Source of the DNA: a virus
Reading direction: 5' to 3' (one strand)
Virus record (IMG/VR): IMGVR_UViG_3300027987_000382
Coordinates: 64,001 to 128,000 of that record
Length of the DNA stretch: 64,000 nucleotides
The position numbers and the translations under genes were made by a program. Below the pieces are notes generated by a model. It saw nothing but the letters and a program-made list of their open reading frames with translations. It was not told the DNA's origin and did not search any database. Below are positions 49,734 to 58,522 of this stretch, one piece after another. How positions within the stretch are numbered: the first letter of the stretch is position 1; every line of letters begins with the position of its first letter.

Positions 49734-50269
49734 AGATGGCCAAGCCCAAACCAGTCAACTGGCAGCTCATTGAGGACCAAGAGCTATACACCTTTGTTGG
49801 CGAACTCATCGAGAAATTCCACGGCAGCGACAAAGACATCGGCGGCGTCGGCCTCAACTTCGTCCTCATGTGGCGGCACAACGTCAAAATGGACCAAGAC
49901 GGCTACGTCGTGCTCGCCGACGTCACAAAATCCTCGGACCAGAATCGCGAGCTGCGTCCACATGATGTCATCATCGGCGTCAACAAAGACGCCTGGAGCG
50001 TCATGGACGCCAGACAGCGGACAGTCGTTATCGACTCCCAGCTCGAGCGAATCGCCGTCTGCCTAGACAAAGACGGCAACCCGAAAGAAGACGATCGTGG
50101 TCGCACCCTGTTTCGACTCCGTCGAGTCGAGACGATCGATGACCACACATTCGCTCGGCGGCACGCCCACACAATGCGTGAAGTCCAGGAATTCATTCAC
50201 GACCAATTCGCAAAAGCGGGTGCAGAAGAAGGCAGCTATGTAGCTGAGCAGCTGGAAGACGATGAGTAA
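49730..50269 (+). CDS. phage metallopeptidase-like protein, catalytically degenerate
   Basis: Layout D.II.VN...W.......R..+ID, but DSQLER where DHELxH is expected. Confidence 0.55.
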   Translation: MKMAKPKPVNWQLIEDQELYTFVGELIEKFHGSDKDIGGVGLNFVLMWRHNVKMDQDGYVVLADVTKSSDQNRELRPHDVIIGVNKDAWSVMDARQRTVVIDSQLERIAVCLDKDGNPKEDDRGRTLFRLRRVETIDDHTFARRHAHTMREVQEFIHDQFAKAGAEEGSYVAEQLEDDE

Positions 50270-50732
50270 TTGTACCTCCAAGTTCAGCAGATTCCAGCTC
50301 CCAATGATGCGGAAGGTCTATCCATCGTTGATCGCCAGCAGCATTGTTAGCGTTCAACCGATGAGTCAGCCCGCAAGCCTCATCTTCTACCTCAAGCACA
50401 GATACAAGGGAGCTTTCATACTGAAATCTGGCTTCTACGTGCTGGTCGGCACATGGATTCACAACGACAAAGAATTATTGCTCCTACGAGAATTCAGTGG
50501 AGATCCAGACGAAGAATGCGTTTATGTCGATGTTGCTGAGAACATGACCGAGCCAGGACAAGACCAATCCAAGCAACAATACCAGCTCAGAGTTGAGTTC
50601 GAAAACGGCGATATCAAGGAAGGCAACCAAGAGTTCATCGACACAAACGTAGACATCAAATTCCACAAAGATGGGATCTGCCACGATTTCAAGTTCATTC
50701 GCAAAGAGATGGCAGCCGTATGCCTGACCTAA
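50262..50732 (+). CDS. protein with an N-terminal fragment homologous to T4-like major capsid protein gp23
   Basis: PMMRKVYPSLIASSIVSVQPMSQPASLIFYL resembles gp23 MVRRAIPNLIAFDICGVQPMNSPTGQVFAL; the rest is unrelated and far too short for an MCP. Confidence 0.7.
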   Translation: MSNCTSKFSRFQLPMMRKVYPSLIASSIVSVQPMSQPASLIFYLKHRYKGAFILKSGFYVLVGTWIHNDKELLLLREFSGDPDEECVYVDVAENMTEPGQDQSKQQYQLRVEFENGDIKEGNQEFIDTNVDIKFHKDGICHDFKFIRKEMAAVCLT

Positions 50733-51493
50733 CCAAGCCAGGACGACTTTTCGAAGCACAGGTGGAGTTCACAACGAACTGTAATCTCCGCTGCATCTAC
50801 TGTGCCGTGAGTCAGCCATGGTATCAAGGCAAGGCACCTGAAGGCGGCCGAACTGAAGACAGGCGAAAGGACCTTGTCGTCAATGTTGACGAGCTTATTG
50901 AGATCTTCAAAAGACGGCAGACCAAGATCGTCAACATTCACGGGCATGGTGAGACCACCATGCTTGATGGTTGGCACCACACAGCCCAAAAGTTCATTGA
51001 CGCCGGATTTGACGTTATTGTCTGTACCAATCTGATCAAGAGATATTCTGAGGAAGAGTTGCGAGTCCTCAGTAAGCTAAACAGCATCACAGTCAGCATC
51101 GATGCTGTTGATCAGAGTACTTTCAAACAGCTGAGGGGAGGCGATGTCCGCCAGCTGGTCTACAATATGGTCCGGATTAGGGCCATCGCTGAAGAAAGGA
51201 GTTTTTATCAGCGGTGGGTTTGGTCGATCGTCGTTGTCGATCGTTCTTTACCGGGGCTTTTGGACGTCGTCAAGACCGGCCTCGCCCTTGGAGTAGAATC
51301 ATTCTGCTTCTGCGATTTCTACAAGGAGGCGATAGTATCCCCGGTGGTTGGCATAGGGGATATGGGGGAGGATGCCAGGGCTGAGGCAGATAGAATTATG
51401 CGTGAGGTCCAGGACTACTGCTTGACCAACGGTGCCGTTTTTATGACGTCTCTTGATGGACAGGAGCGATTCAGCAAGAGGGGTTATCTATGA
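50720..51493 (+). CDS. radical SAM protein
   Basis: CNLRCIYC, GHGET, TN, SID. Confidence 0.88.
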   Translation: MPDLTKPGRLFEAQVEFTTNCNLRCIYCAVSQPWYQGKAPEGGRTEDRRKDLVVNVDELIEIFKRRQTKIVNIHGHGETTMLDGWHHTAQKFIDAGFDVIVCTNLIKRYSEEELRVLSKLNSITVSIDAVDQSTFKQLRGGDVRQLVYNMVRIRAIAEERSFYQRWVWSIVVVDRSLPGLLDVVKTGLALGVESFCFCDFYKEAIVSPVVGIGDMGEDARAEADRIMREVQDYCLTNGAVFMTSLDGQERFSKRGYL

Positions 51494-51783
51494 GTGAGCA
51501 GACGAGATTGTGCCTCGATCCGTGGGCGAAGGTATTGATTAAAAGCAACAGATCGGTGTGTATTTGTTGTTATTCGCCGCCCGTTGGGCATCTCGACAAG
51601 TCCACTCTGGATGAGATATTGGATGGTGCCGAAGCTACCGCATATCGTGCCAAATTACTGTCTGGGGAAATGATGCCTGCTTGCAGGATCTGCCCTGATA
51701 AGAATATGGTTCCGATCGAGAGGCTCAAGGAGGCTGTCACCAACTATGTCGAATCTGGGGAGAAGCCATACGGGATTGGATGA
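51490..51783 (+). CDS. stand-alone SPASM/twitch domain protein
   Basis: CLDPW..V.I...SV..CC...VG.L...L.EI...C..CP. Confidence 0.8.
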   Translation: MSEQTRLCLDPWAKVLIKSNRSVCICCYSPPVGHLDKSTLDEILDGAEATAYRAKLLSGEMMPACRICPDKNMVPIERLKEAVTNYVESGEKPYGIG

Positions 51784-52109
51784 ACTCTGTTGCGATACTA
51801 TTCATGCTCTACGCAATCAAGCAGCAGAAAATTCCGTACAAAGAAACCGCGTGCACAGCGTCTCGCACGATCTACGTAGATCTCCCTGATAGAATTCACG
51901 CTCTTGCTACTGAGATAGAAATCCAGATCACCCTGGAAGTCGGCCAAGAGTTCATTTCACTCGAGGCCGTCTTTGGCAACAGGCGATTGACGAAAGTCGC
52001 CAAACTACAATTATCTGGTTTCATCATGGGCACCACCTCATTCCTTGAGCCCCAACGGGCTTGCATTTCGTTGATTGAAGAAGCATGGGACAGCTTACAG
52101 CCGAAGTAG
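51780..52109 (+). CDS. hypothetical protein
   Basis: 109 aa, ATGA-coupled. Confidence 0.55.
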   Translation: MNSVAILFMLYAIKQQKIPYKETACTASRTIYVDLPDRIHALATEIEIQITLEVGQEFISLEAVFGNRRLTKVAKLQLSGFIMGTTSFLEPQRACISLIEEAWDSLQPK

Positions 52110-52573
52110 TCATCTACACAGACGGGGCCTGCGAACCGAATCCAGGCCCTGGAGGATGGGGGACTATCCTCCTGTTCGAAAATTCCAAAGGATTGCACGA
52201 ACGTGTCCTCTCTGGAGGTCATCATGACACCACCAATAACCGCATGGAGATGATGGCAGTCATCAAGGGTCTAGAAGCACTCTCACGACCCTGTGACGTT
52301 ATCGTCTACTCCGACAGCCAGTATGTTGTCAAAGGAATTGGCAACTGGAACGAAGGCCAAGGTATACACCCAACTGGCTGGATGGTCAGCTGGGAGAAAA
52401 AAGGATGGCGAAAGTCGGACGGCCCACTCAAGAATGTGGACCTCTGGCAAGACCTATTCAAACTTGTGCGAGAGCAGAACAGCGTACAAATGAAATGGCT
52501 GAAAGGACACGCCGGTCATGAGTACAACGAAAGATGCGATGTTTTGGCTCTCGAAGAGAGACAGAAATTCTAA
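52085..52573 (+). CDS. rnhA: ribonuclease HI
   Basis: YTDGAC.PNPGPGGWG, TTNNRME, SDSQY, KNVDLW, KGHAGH..NE.CD. Confidence 0.96.
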   Translation: MGQLTAEVVIYTDGACEPNPGPGGWGTILLFENSKGLHERVLSGGHHDTTNNRMEMMAVIKGLEALSRPCDVIVYSDSQYVVKGIGNWNEGQGIHPTGWMVSWEKKGWRKSDGPLKNVDLWQDLFKLVREQNSVQMKWLKGHAGHEYNERCDVLALEERQKF

Positions 52574-53073
52574 TGTACGACAAAGACGAACACTTAGACA
52601 ACCTCATTCGACACATCTCACTTGTCCGAGATGCCTGTACCCTACTTGGGAAAAGACTAATCTCACAAGGACGATGTGAATTCGGAATCCAACTAATCGC
52701 ACGTGGCCATAATCACGACGTCTCGAAATTCTACGGAATCGAGCACGACTTCTTGCATCGTGGCCCAGACACGCCAGCAGAAGAGCTTGAACTGGCTATC
52801 AACCAGCACGTGCGAACAAACTCCCACCACCCCGAATTCCACGGCGGCGTCGGGCACATGCCCGAACTCGACGTGGCTGAAATGGTCTGCGACTGGTATG
52901 CTCGCGGCCAAGAATTCGGCACCGGTCTCCGCGACTGGATCGCGGACTCTGCGATCGATCGCTACAGTATCGATCTGGAAGGGAAACACTATCAATGGAT
53001 CAACGCCTTCGTTGATCTTCTCCTGCAAGATCCATTCAGCAAGGAAGTGAAAGCCCAAAAGGCAGCAGTGTAA
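52573..53073 (+). CDS. DUF5662-like HD-motif protein
   Basis: RHI..V, HDVSKF, H...NSHHPEF, MP..DVAEMVCDW. Confidence 0.7.
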   Translation: MYDKDEHLDNLIRHISLVRDACTLLGKRLISQGRCEFGIQLIARGHNHDVSKFYGIEHDFLHRGPDTPAEELELAINQHVRTNSHHPEFHGGVGHMPELDVAEMVCDWYARGQEFGTGLRDWIADSAIDRYSIDLEGKHYQWINAFVDLLLQDPFSKEVKAQKAAV

Positions 53074-53363
53074 TGTGCACTGTCTTCCATCTGATGGACT
53101 TCGACAAAGTTGAACGCTACAACCTTGTCGTAAAGCCCGGACCGTTCTCTGCCGACTCGTGGGAATTGCAAGACGAAGTCGGCAGACCGGTCCGAGAAAT
53201 GGTATCCTACGCCATGTCATCCGATGCTGTATCTGAGGAGCATCAAGTCGTACTTAAACGGAAGGACGACAGCCTCCTCAAACTAGCACTAGTCGGAGTC
53301 AGTTCATGGCGGAATTCGCAAAGCAGCTCGAAGCCCTCAGATGGAAGCGGTTCTCCGCCCTAG
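53073..53363 (+). CDS. hypothetical protein
   Basis: 96 aa, TAATG-coupled. Confidence 0.5.
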   Translation: MCTVFHLMDFDKVERYNLVVKPGPFSADSWELQDEVGRPVREMVSYAMSSDAVSEEHQVVLKRKDDSLLKLALVGVSSWRNSQSSSKPSDGSGSPP

Positions 53364-54217
53364 GCACCGGCGAGGTCTGTCTCGTTGACGTCATGGGCGA
53401 TGACAGTGCAATCGTCCAAGCAGCCCGAGTCAGCTACGGCGAAGGAACCAAAAAGGTCTCTGACGATCGCACGCTAATCCGCTATCTCATGCGGCACCGG
53501 CATACGACCCCGTTCGAAATGTGCGAGGTCAAACTCCGAGTCAGAGTACCGATGGACTGCTGGCGGCAATGGATTCGCCACCGCACAGCCAACGTCAATG
53601 AATACAGCACTCGCTACAGCGTCGCCATCGACGACTGTCAAATCACCAGCCCGACAGAATGGCGGTCACAAGCCACAACCAACCGCCAAGGCTCCGGCGA
53701 CTTTCTCAATGAGGAAATCGGCCTCGGCCTCACATTGGCCGAGACAGAACTACAAAAGCAAGCCCGCGATGTCTATCAAAACAGACTCGATGCTGGCGTC
53801 GCTCGAGAACAAGCTCGCAAAGATCTTCCGCTTAGCACTTTCACTGAAGCGTACTGGAAGGTCGATCTCCACAACATGTTCCACTTCCTCTCTCTCCGCA
53901 TGGATTCTCATGCACAGAAAGAGATTCGAGAATACGCGACCATCATCGGCAAACAAATCATCAAACCACTCTACCCACTCGCGTGGGAGGCATTCGAAGA
54001 CTACCGTCTCGGTGCTATGTTCCTATCACGGCTGGATATTGGCGTCATCCAGCGGCTTAACGAAATGGCACGCTCCGAACGCGGCTACACAGAACCGGAC
54101 TTTATCGTCGCTCAAGATTCCAGCTGGAAAGAACTTGAGCGTTGTCGTGAACGAGACGAGTGCTTCGAAAAGCTCGCTCGCCTCGGTATCATAGAAGTAC
54201 CAATCATCGCTGCGTGA
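53306..54217 (+). CDS. thyX: flavin-dependent thymidylate synthase
   Basis: AARVSY, HTTPFE, RHRTANVNEYSTRY, REQAR..LP, HAQ.EIR. Confidence 0.96.
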   Translation: MAEFAKQLEALRWKRFSALGTGEVCLVDVMGDDSAIVQAARVSYGEGTKKVSDDRTLIRYLMRHRHTTPFEMCEVKLRVRVPMDCWRQWIRHRTANVNEYSTRYSVAIDDCQITSPTEWRSQATTNRQGSGDFLNEEIGLGLTLAETELQKQARDVYQNRLDAGVAREQARKDLPLSTFTEAYWKVDLHNMFHFLSLRMDSHAQKEIREYATIIGKQIIKPLYPLAWEAFEDYRLGAMFLSRLDIGVIQRLNEMARSERGYTEPDFIVAQDSSWKELERCRERDECFEKLARLGIIEVPIIAA

Positions 54218-54242
54218 GGACATTGTGATGAAGGAGCAACAA

Positions 54243-54875
54243 ATGACAGAGTGGTTGCAATTGAAGCGTCTAGAGCGTAACAATCTTCCACTACCCAAGT
54301 ACGAAACAGAGCACTCAGCAGGCATCGATTTCAGCGTCTGCCTAACACGAACTTGCAAAGAATGCTTGCCCGGCGGATCGAAGCGAAAATTCCTCGCAGT
54401 CGATAAAGGTGGACACGGATTCGGCCGCCACCACTTTGGCGAAGAAAATGTTCCAGACATCATCCAGTGCCCCAACGGTCCAGACAAACTTGCGGTCGTC
54501 ATACAACCGCGAGAAACCTTGATGCTACCGCTAGGCTGGATCGCAGAGTTTGGAGCCAACTTCGTCCTCAAAATCCACGTCAGATCCTCGGCAGGGCTCA
54601 ACGGACTGATGCTGGCAAACGGCACTGGCATCGTCGACCCAGACTATCGCGGCGAGTTATTCGCCTGCCTCTGGAATCGGACAGACGGCCCAATCCAGAT
54701 CAAACACGGACAACGCGTAGTCCAAGGAGTCATGCTCGCCTTCAATCAGGCGATTGTCACAGAAGCCAAAGAAGTGTCGGAAACAGGTCGCGGAGACGGC
54801 GGATTCGGCTCAACCGGCGATCAACTCACAATTCCGGCACCGGCAGCGGATCCTCCGCCGCAATCAGGCAGTTGA
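54243..54875 (+). CDS. dut: trimeric dUTPase with internal insertion
   Basis: SAGID, RSS, GIVDPDYRG, RVVQ, RGDGGFGSTG; AAGGAG RBS before ATG 54243. Confidence 0.93.
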   Translation: MTEWLQLKRLERNNLPLPKYETEHSAGIDFSVCLTRTCKECLPGGSKRKFLAVDKGGHGFGRHHFGEENVPDIIQCPNGPDKLAVVIQPRETLMLPLGWIAEFGANFVLKIHVRSSAGLNGLMLANGTGIVDPDYRGELFACLWNRTDGPIQIKHGQRVVQGVMLAFNQAIVTEAKEVSETGRGDGGFGSTGDQLTIPAPAADPPPQSGS

Positions 54876-56055
54876 CCAAATTCTGACGCATCTTCGCGAT
54901 CACACGAGGCATCGAGTCCGCACGGTTCACTGTCTCACCCGGATCAGATTCGAGATCGAATAGGAACTCATCATCGCCGCATATCCAATATTTAAAGCGG
55001 CTATTCCTCACCATCTTCAATCTCGGTTTGTAACCGACCATGCTCAAGGCACACCGAGTAAAATCAATATGCGTCAAACTCTTCCCTTGAATACCAGGGC
55101 CGATTTCTTGTTCCAGCATCTCAAGTATCGTCGGCACAACATCAATATGCTCATGCAACCCATAACATCGCCTTGGCCCCCAGCCCGGAATGCGAACAAT
55201 CAACGGCACCGACACTACTTGTTCGTAAGCATATAAACCCTTTGAGAAGCACCCATGGTCGCCGAGCATGTCACCATGATCAGAAGTGAAAACAACGATT
55301 GTGTCTCGAGCTTTCCTATCCACAAAGTCCATGATACGGCCGACATTGTCATCTATCCATGAGACACAGCCGTAATATTGGCTTTTGATCATTCGCCAAT
55401 CTTCCGGCGTCAGCTTCGTTCCCTCGTATGTCTCAATCCCATCAGGAGCAGAAAAAGAATCAGGATCATACATGCCACAGAACGGCGGAGGAGAAGCATA
55501 CGGAGGATGAGGACCTCTGAACCCAATCGCACATAAGAATGGTCGCTTGCAATTACTCATGAATCTGACGGCACGCTCCGAAATCACATCCTCATGCTGA
55601 TAAAGGCGACTGCTCAACTTAGCCGCCCAAGACGTCGTCTTCATGATCTCCAGATACTCACGACGGGCAACGCCAGCATCACGGCCCGGCAAATCCTTTC
55701 CTTCTCTCCAATCCTCGGACAAATACGAATTTTGCGGATCGAATCCAAAATGGCCTAGAGTGTGGGTCGTTCTGTCCAGATGCCATTTCCCGAAATAGGC
55801 AGTCTCGTACTGGACATCACGGAGCATGTTGGCAAGCGTCTGTTCCGTCTTCGCCAACTCCATCTCATTCCACCACATCCGCAAAGTGCTCGGATAGCGG
55901 CCGGTCCAGAAGGCCGCTCTTGCCGGTTGGCATTGCGGGCTTTGAGCGTAACAGTCGAACGAGAGTGACTGTTCTGCGAGTTTGTTGATGTTCGGGGTGC
56001 ATGCACCGATCGTATCAGTTCGTTGCTGATCGGTCATGATGATCAAGACATTCAT
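54826..56055 (-). CDS. formylglycine-dependent sulfatase
   Basis: NVLIIMTDQ, CQPAR (CxPxR), TGRYP, GKWH, PHPP, SDHG, KG..YE, VPLI. Confidence 0.93.
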   Translation of the reverse strand: MNVLIIMTDQQRTDTIGACTPNINKLAEQSLSFDCYAQSPQCQPARAAFWTGRYPSTLRMWWNEMELAKTEQTLANMLRDVQYETAYFGKWHLDRTTHTLGHFGFDPQNSYLSEDWREGKDLPGRDAGVARREYLEIMKTTSWAAKLSSRLYQHEDVISERAVRFMSNCKRPFLCAIGFRGPHPPYASPPPFCGMYDPDSFSAPDGIETYEGTKLTPEDWRMIKSQYYGCVSWIDDNVGRIMDFVDRKARDTIVVFTSDHGDMLGDHGCFSKGLYAYEQVVSVPLIVRIPGWGPRRCYGLHEHIDVVPTILEMLEQEIGPGIQGKSLTHIDFTRCALSMVGYKPRLKMVRNSRFKYWICGDDEFLFDLESDPGETVNRADSMPRVIAKMRQNLVNCLIAAEDPLPVPEL

Positions 56056-56405
56056 GCTACTTCTACTTCCATAAACAACACTTCGAAAATATGTATGTCG
56101 CCGTCAGGTGCGATGATCACTTTGGGATTCTTCAAAAGACGCTTGACCGCTTTGATGGAGCACTCTGCTTCCTCGCGAGTCCATCCATCTGACATCATAT
56201 CTTCTGGAGTGCTGAGTTTGTCGGCTCGCCTGCCGCCAAACATGACGATCTCGCCATCCTTGTCATATTCCCACGTCTTTGGGACGTTGGCACAAGTGAA
56301 ACAGATCTCTGGGTAAGTGCGACCGTCTATGAACGGTTCCTCGGAGAAGCATCGTACAATGACTTCGATTGGAGTCTTGCAGATGGGGCAGAGGTAGTCA
56401 TCCAT
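56052..56405 (-). CDS. Zn-binding hypothetical protein
   Basis: CPIC...CFTC; start ATG 56405. Confidence 0.6.
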   Translation of the reverse strand: MDDYLCPICKTPIEVIVRCFSEEPFIDGRTYPEICFTCANVPKTWEYDKDGEIVMFGGRRADKLSTPEDMMSDGWTREEAECSIKAVKRLLKNPKVIIAPDGDIHIFEVLFMEVEVA

Positions 56406-56724
56406 TATCAAACAGGCCCTCGTGGCGATGAGCCCTCCTACCGCACAGATCGCAAATGTGCTCTGAATCGTTGTTTCCAGAAGCGTCTGGATAATACGTC
56501 GTTTCGAGATGCGGACACTGCTTCTGTAAATCCACTCTTCTTGCATTTATCTCGCCGACAGCTTTCTTATGACGCTCCTCTTCATCCTGCTCGTCGCGAG
56601 TGATGGACCGCAATTCTTGGTGGAGTGTCTTGTCTGTTTCGATGGCGTTAGCGATGTAATCACCCAGTTCGCTTTGCTCACCCTTGAACTCGTCAACCAG
56701 CTTTTTGATTGTTTCTGATTTCAT
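56398..56724 (-). CDS. hypothetical coiled-coil protein with C-terminal Zn knuckle
   Basis: CPH...CDLC; start ATG 56724. Confidence 0.6.
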   Translation of the reverse strand: MKSETIKKLVDEFKGEQSELGDYIANAIETDKTLHQELRSITRDEQDEEERHKKAVGEINARRVDLQKQCPHLETTYYPDASGNNDSEHICDLCGRRAHRHEGLFDNG

Positions 56725-56953
56725 CGTGACGTCCTTCCCGGAGCTTCTTGACCCAATCCTCAAGGTCAGATGCTGGATCTGTAAAGCACAACGCGTATTC
56801 GGTTCCAGCAGCGATGCCGTAGACCACGTCATCTTCGACCACAAACATGAGGCGATGCCACTTACCGTCAGGTCCTGGAAAGGACGATCGCACAACGTCA
56901 CCTTCAATCCTGAAAGCTGGGTCCAGGACAGCGGCGATCAAATCAACAATCAT
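56693..56953 (-). CDS. hypothetical protein
   Basis: Overlapping chain of small ORFs. Confidence 0.55.
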   Translation of the reverse strand: MIVDLIAAVLDPAFRIEGDVVRSSFPGPDGKWHRLMFVVEDDVVYGIAAGTEYALCFTDPASDLEDWVKKLREGRHDEIRNNQKAG

Positions 56954-57269
56954 CGAGCGATTCTGTGAGGGCAAGATCAAGGTCGCGGAATAACGGTTCG
57001 AAGTCTGCATTTGGATCACACATATCGTACGACTTCAAGACGTCGCGGTAGACTCTTTCAGTCGGCGGTTTGGTTGTGTCGCCTTTCTTGTGATATCGAA
57101 CTATTTTCAGATCACCGTCGAAGACAATCTGATATTGTTGAAGATCAAGAGTTATTTCAATACAGTGCTCATCGTAAATCTTCGTTGTGTAAACTATCGC
57201 CTTCGGCCAGCGTGCTTTCAGCTGTTCCGCCAACGCCATGTAGAACGTCTTAAGCCAGTCTCCGCTCAT
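56943..57269 (-). CDS. hypothetical protein
   Basis: GAGG RBS; CAACGTATTGA box just upstream. Confidence 0.65.
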   Translation of the reverse strand: MSGDWLKTFYMALAEQLKARWPKAIVYTTKIYDEHCIEITLDLQQYQIVFDGDLKIVRYHKKGDTTKPPTERVYRDVLKSYDMCDPNADFEPLFRDLDLALTESLDDC

Positions 57270-57382
57270 TGTTCCTCAATACGTTGTCGGCCGGATTTAA
57301 CGAGGGGTTCACCGCTCGCAACACGTGTATTAGAAAGAGGTGCAACGGCACCCCATCCCGGATACCCCGAAGGAGACTGCGT

Positions 57383-58396
57383 ATGCCTACGAAAGCAACG
57401 GTGAGCGTCGCCCAGAGATCTGCTCTGATCTCAGAGACCGGCTTCAAGAACTACGACGTCATGATGAATCCGTACGTCGGCTGCGAGTTCGGCTGCACGT
57501 ACTGCTACGTCCGGTTCTTCATCAAAGACGAAGACCACGACTGGGGCGAGTTCGTCCGCGTCCGAGCACACATGGCGAGCAAACTCCCCAAAGAGCTTCG
57601 CAAAAACCAAGTGAAGCTCAAGGACGGTTGGGAGAACTACGAAGACGAAGAAACAGGAGAAGAGAAACGCCGACGACGCTACCGCTACCTCGCGATTCCC
57701 GAAGCACGACTGGTAATCGGTACGATGACTGATCCCTACCAGCCGGTCGAACGGAAACATAGAATTATGAGGACAGCACTCGAAATTCTCACGACAGACT
57801 CCATGCCACAATTCCAAAAAGTGGGCATCTTCACACGCTCCCCGATCGTCCTAGACGACCTGGAACTCATCCAGAAACTCCCCAAAGCCAGGATTCACTT
57901 CACAGTCACGCCCTTCCCTCCAAACGTCCTCAGAGTCATCGAGCCCTACAGCCCGAAGACCTCAAGACGCTGGGACGTCGTACGACGCCTCAAAGAAGCA
58001 GGGCTCCGCGTGCACTGCAACATCTCGCCGGTCATCCCCGGACTAAGCGAGGAGTTCATCGAGGAGTTCGCAGAAATGGTCGCAGAGCTGCAAGTCGACG
58101 AATATTTCGTGGACCCAATGCAGCCCTACAAAGAGAGCTTCGACAGCTTCCGCAACGCCTGCCAAAGCTTGCCCGGCGTCAACTGGCCTGACATCGAACA
58201 GACGATGACAGACAAAGACCGATACCTCGACTGGAAAGCAGACTTCTTCGGACGCTGGAACGAAGAGCGGCAGAAGCACCAACACAAAGCACCGAATCAG
58301 CTGCCGATCTGGTGCGACCACGAAAACCACGTCTGGATCAACATGCTCACAATGAAGCAGATGGACCACAAGCACTACGGAGAAGAGGCGAACTAA
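57383..58396 (+). CDS. SplB/Rv2578c-like radical SAM (spore photoproduct lyase family) protein
   Basis: NPYVGCEFGCTYCY, TDPYQPVE, TRSP, IEP, PVIPG; AAGGAG RBS. Confidence 0.85.
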   Translation: MPTKATVSVAQRSALISETGFKNYDVMMNPYVGCEFGCTYCYVRFFIKDEDHDWGEFVRVRAHMASKLPKELRKNQVKLKDGWENYEDEETGEEKRRRRYRYLAIPEARLVIGTMTDPYQPVERKHRIMRTALEILTTDSMPQFQKVGIFTRSPIVLDDLELIQKLPKARIHFTVTPFPPNVLRVIEPYSPKTSRRWDVVRRLKEAGLRVHCNISPVIPGLSEEFIEEFAEMVAELQVDEYFVDPMQPYKESFDSFRNACQSLPGVNWPDIEQTMTDKDRYLDWKADFFGRWNEERQKHQHKAPNQLPIWCDHENHVWINMLTMKQMDHKHYGEEAN

Positions 58397-58404
58397 GTCA
58401 CGAA

Positions 58405-58500
58405 TCACCACCGGCCCGGAGCTAGCCTCCAGGACCACGTCCCTCGATGGGTGTGCGAGAGGTGTCTACAGGCTTAATGAGAGCGGCGGGCCGGTGGTGA
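58405..58500. ncRNA. candidate structured RNA (unclassified)
   Basis: Perfect 14-bp terminal inverted repeat TCACCACCGGCCCG/CGGGCCGGTGGTGA enclosing nested stems. Confidence 0.4.
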
Positions 58501-58522
58501 AATTTACGACTGGAGATACAAG

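Noticed and set aside
50262-50732. Major capsid protein gene
   Set aside because: Only about 40 aa match gp23; the ORF is 156 aa and no head genes are nearby.
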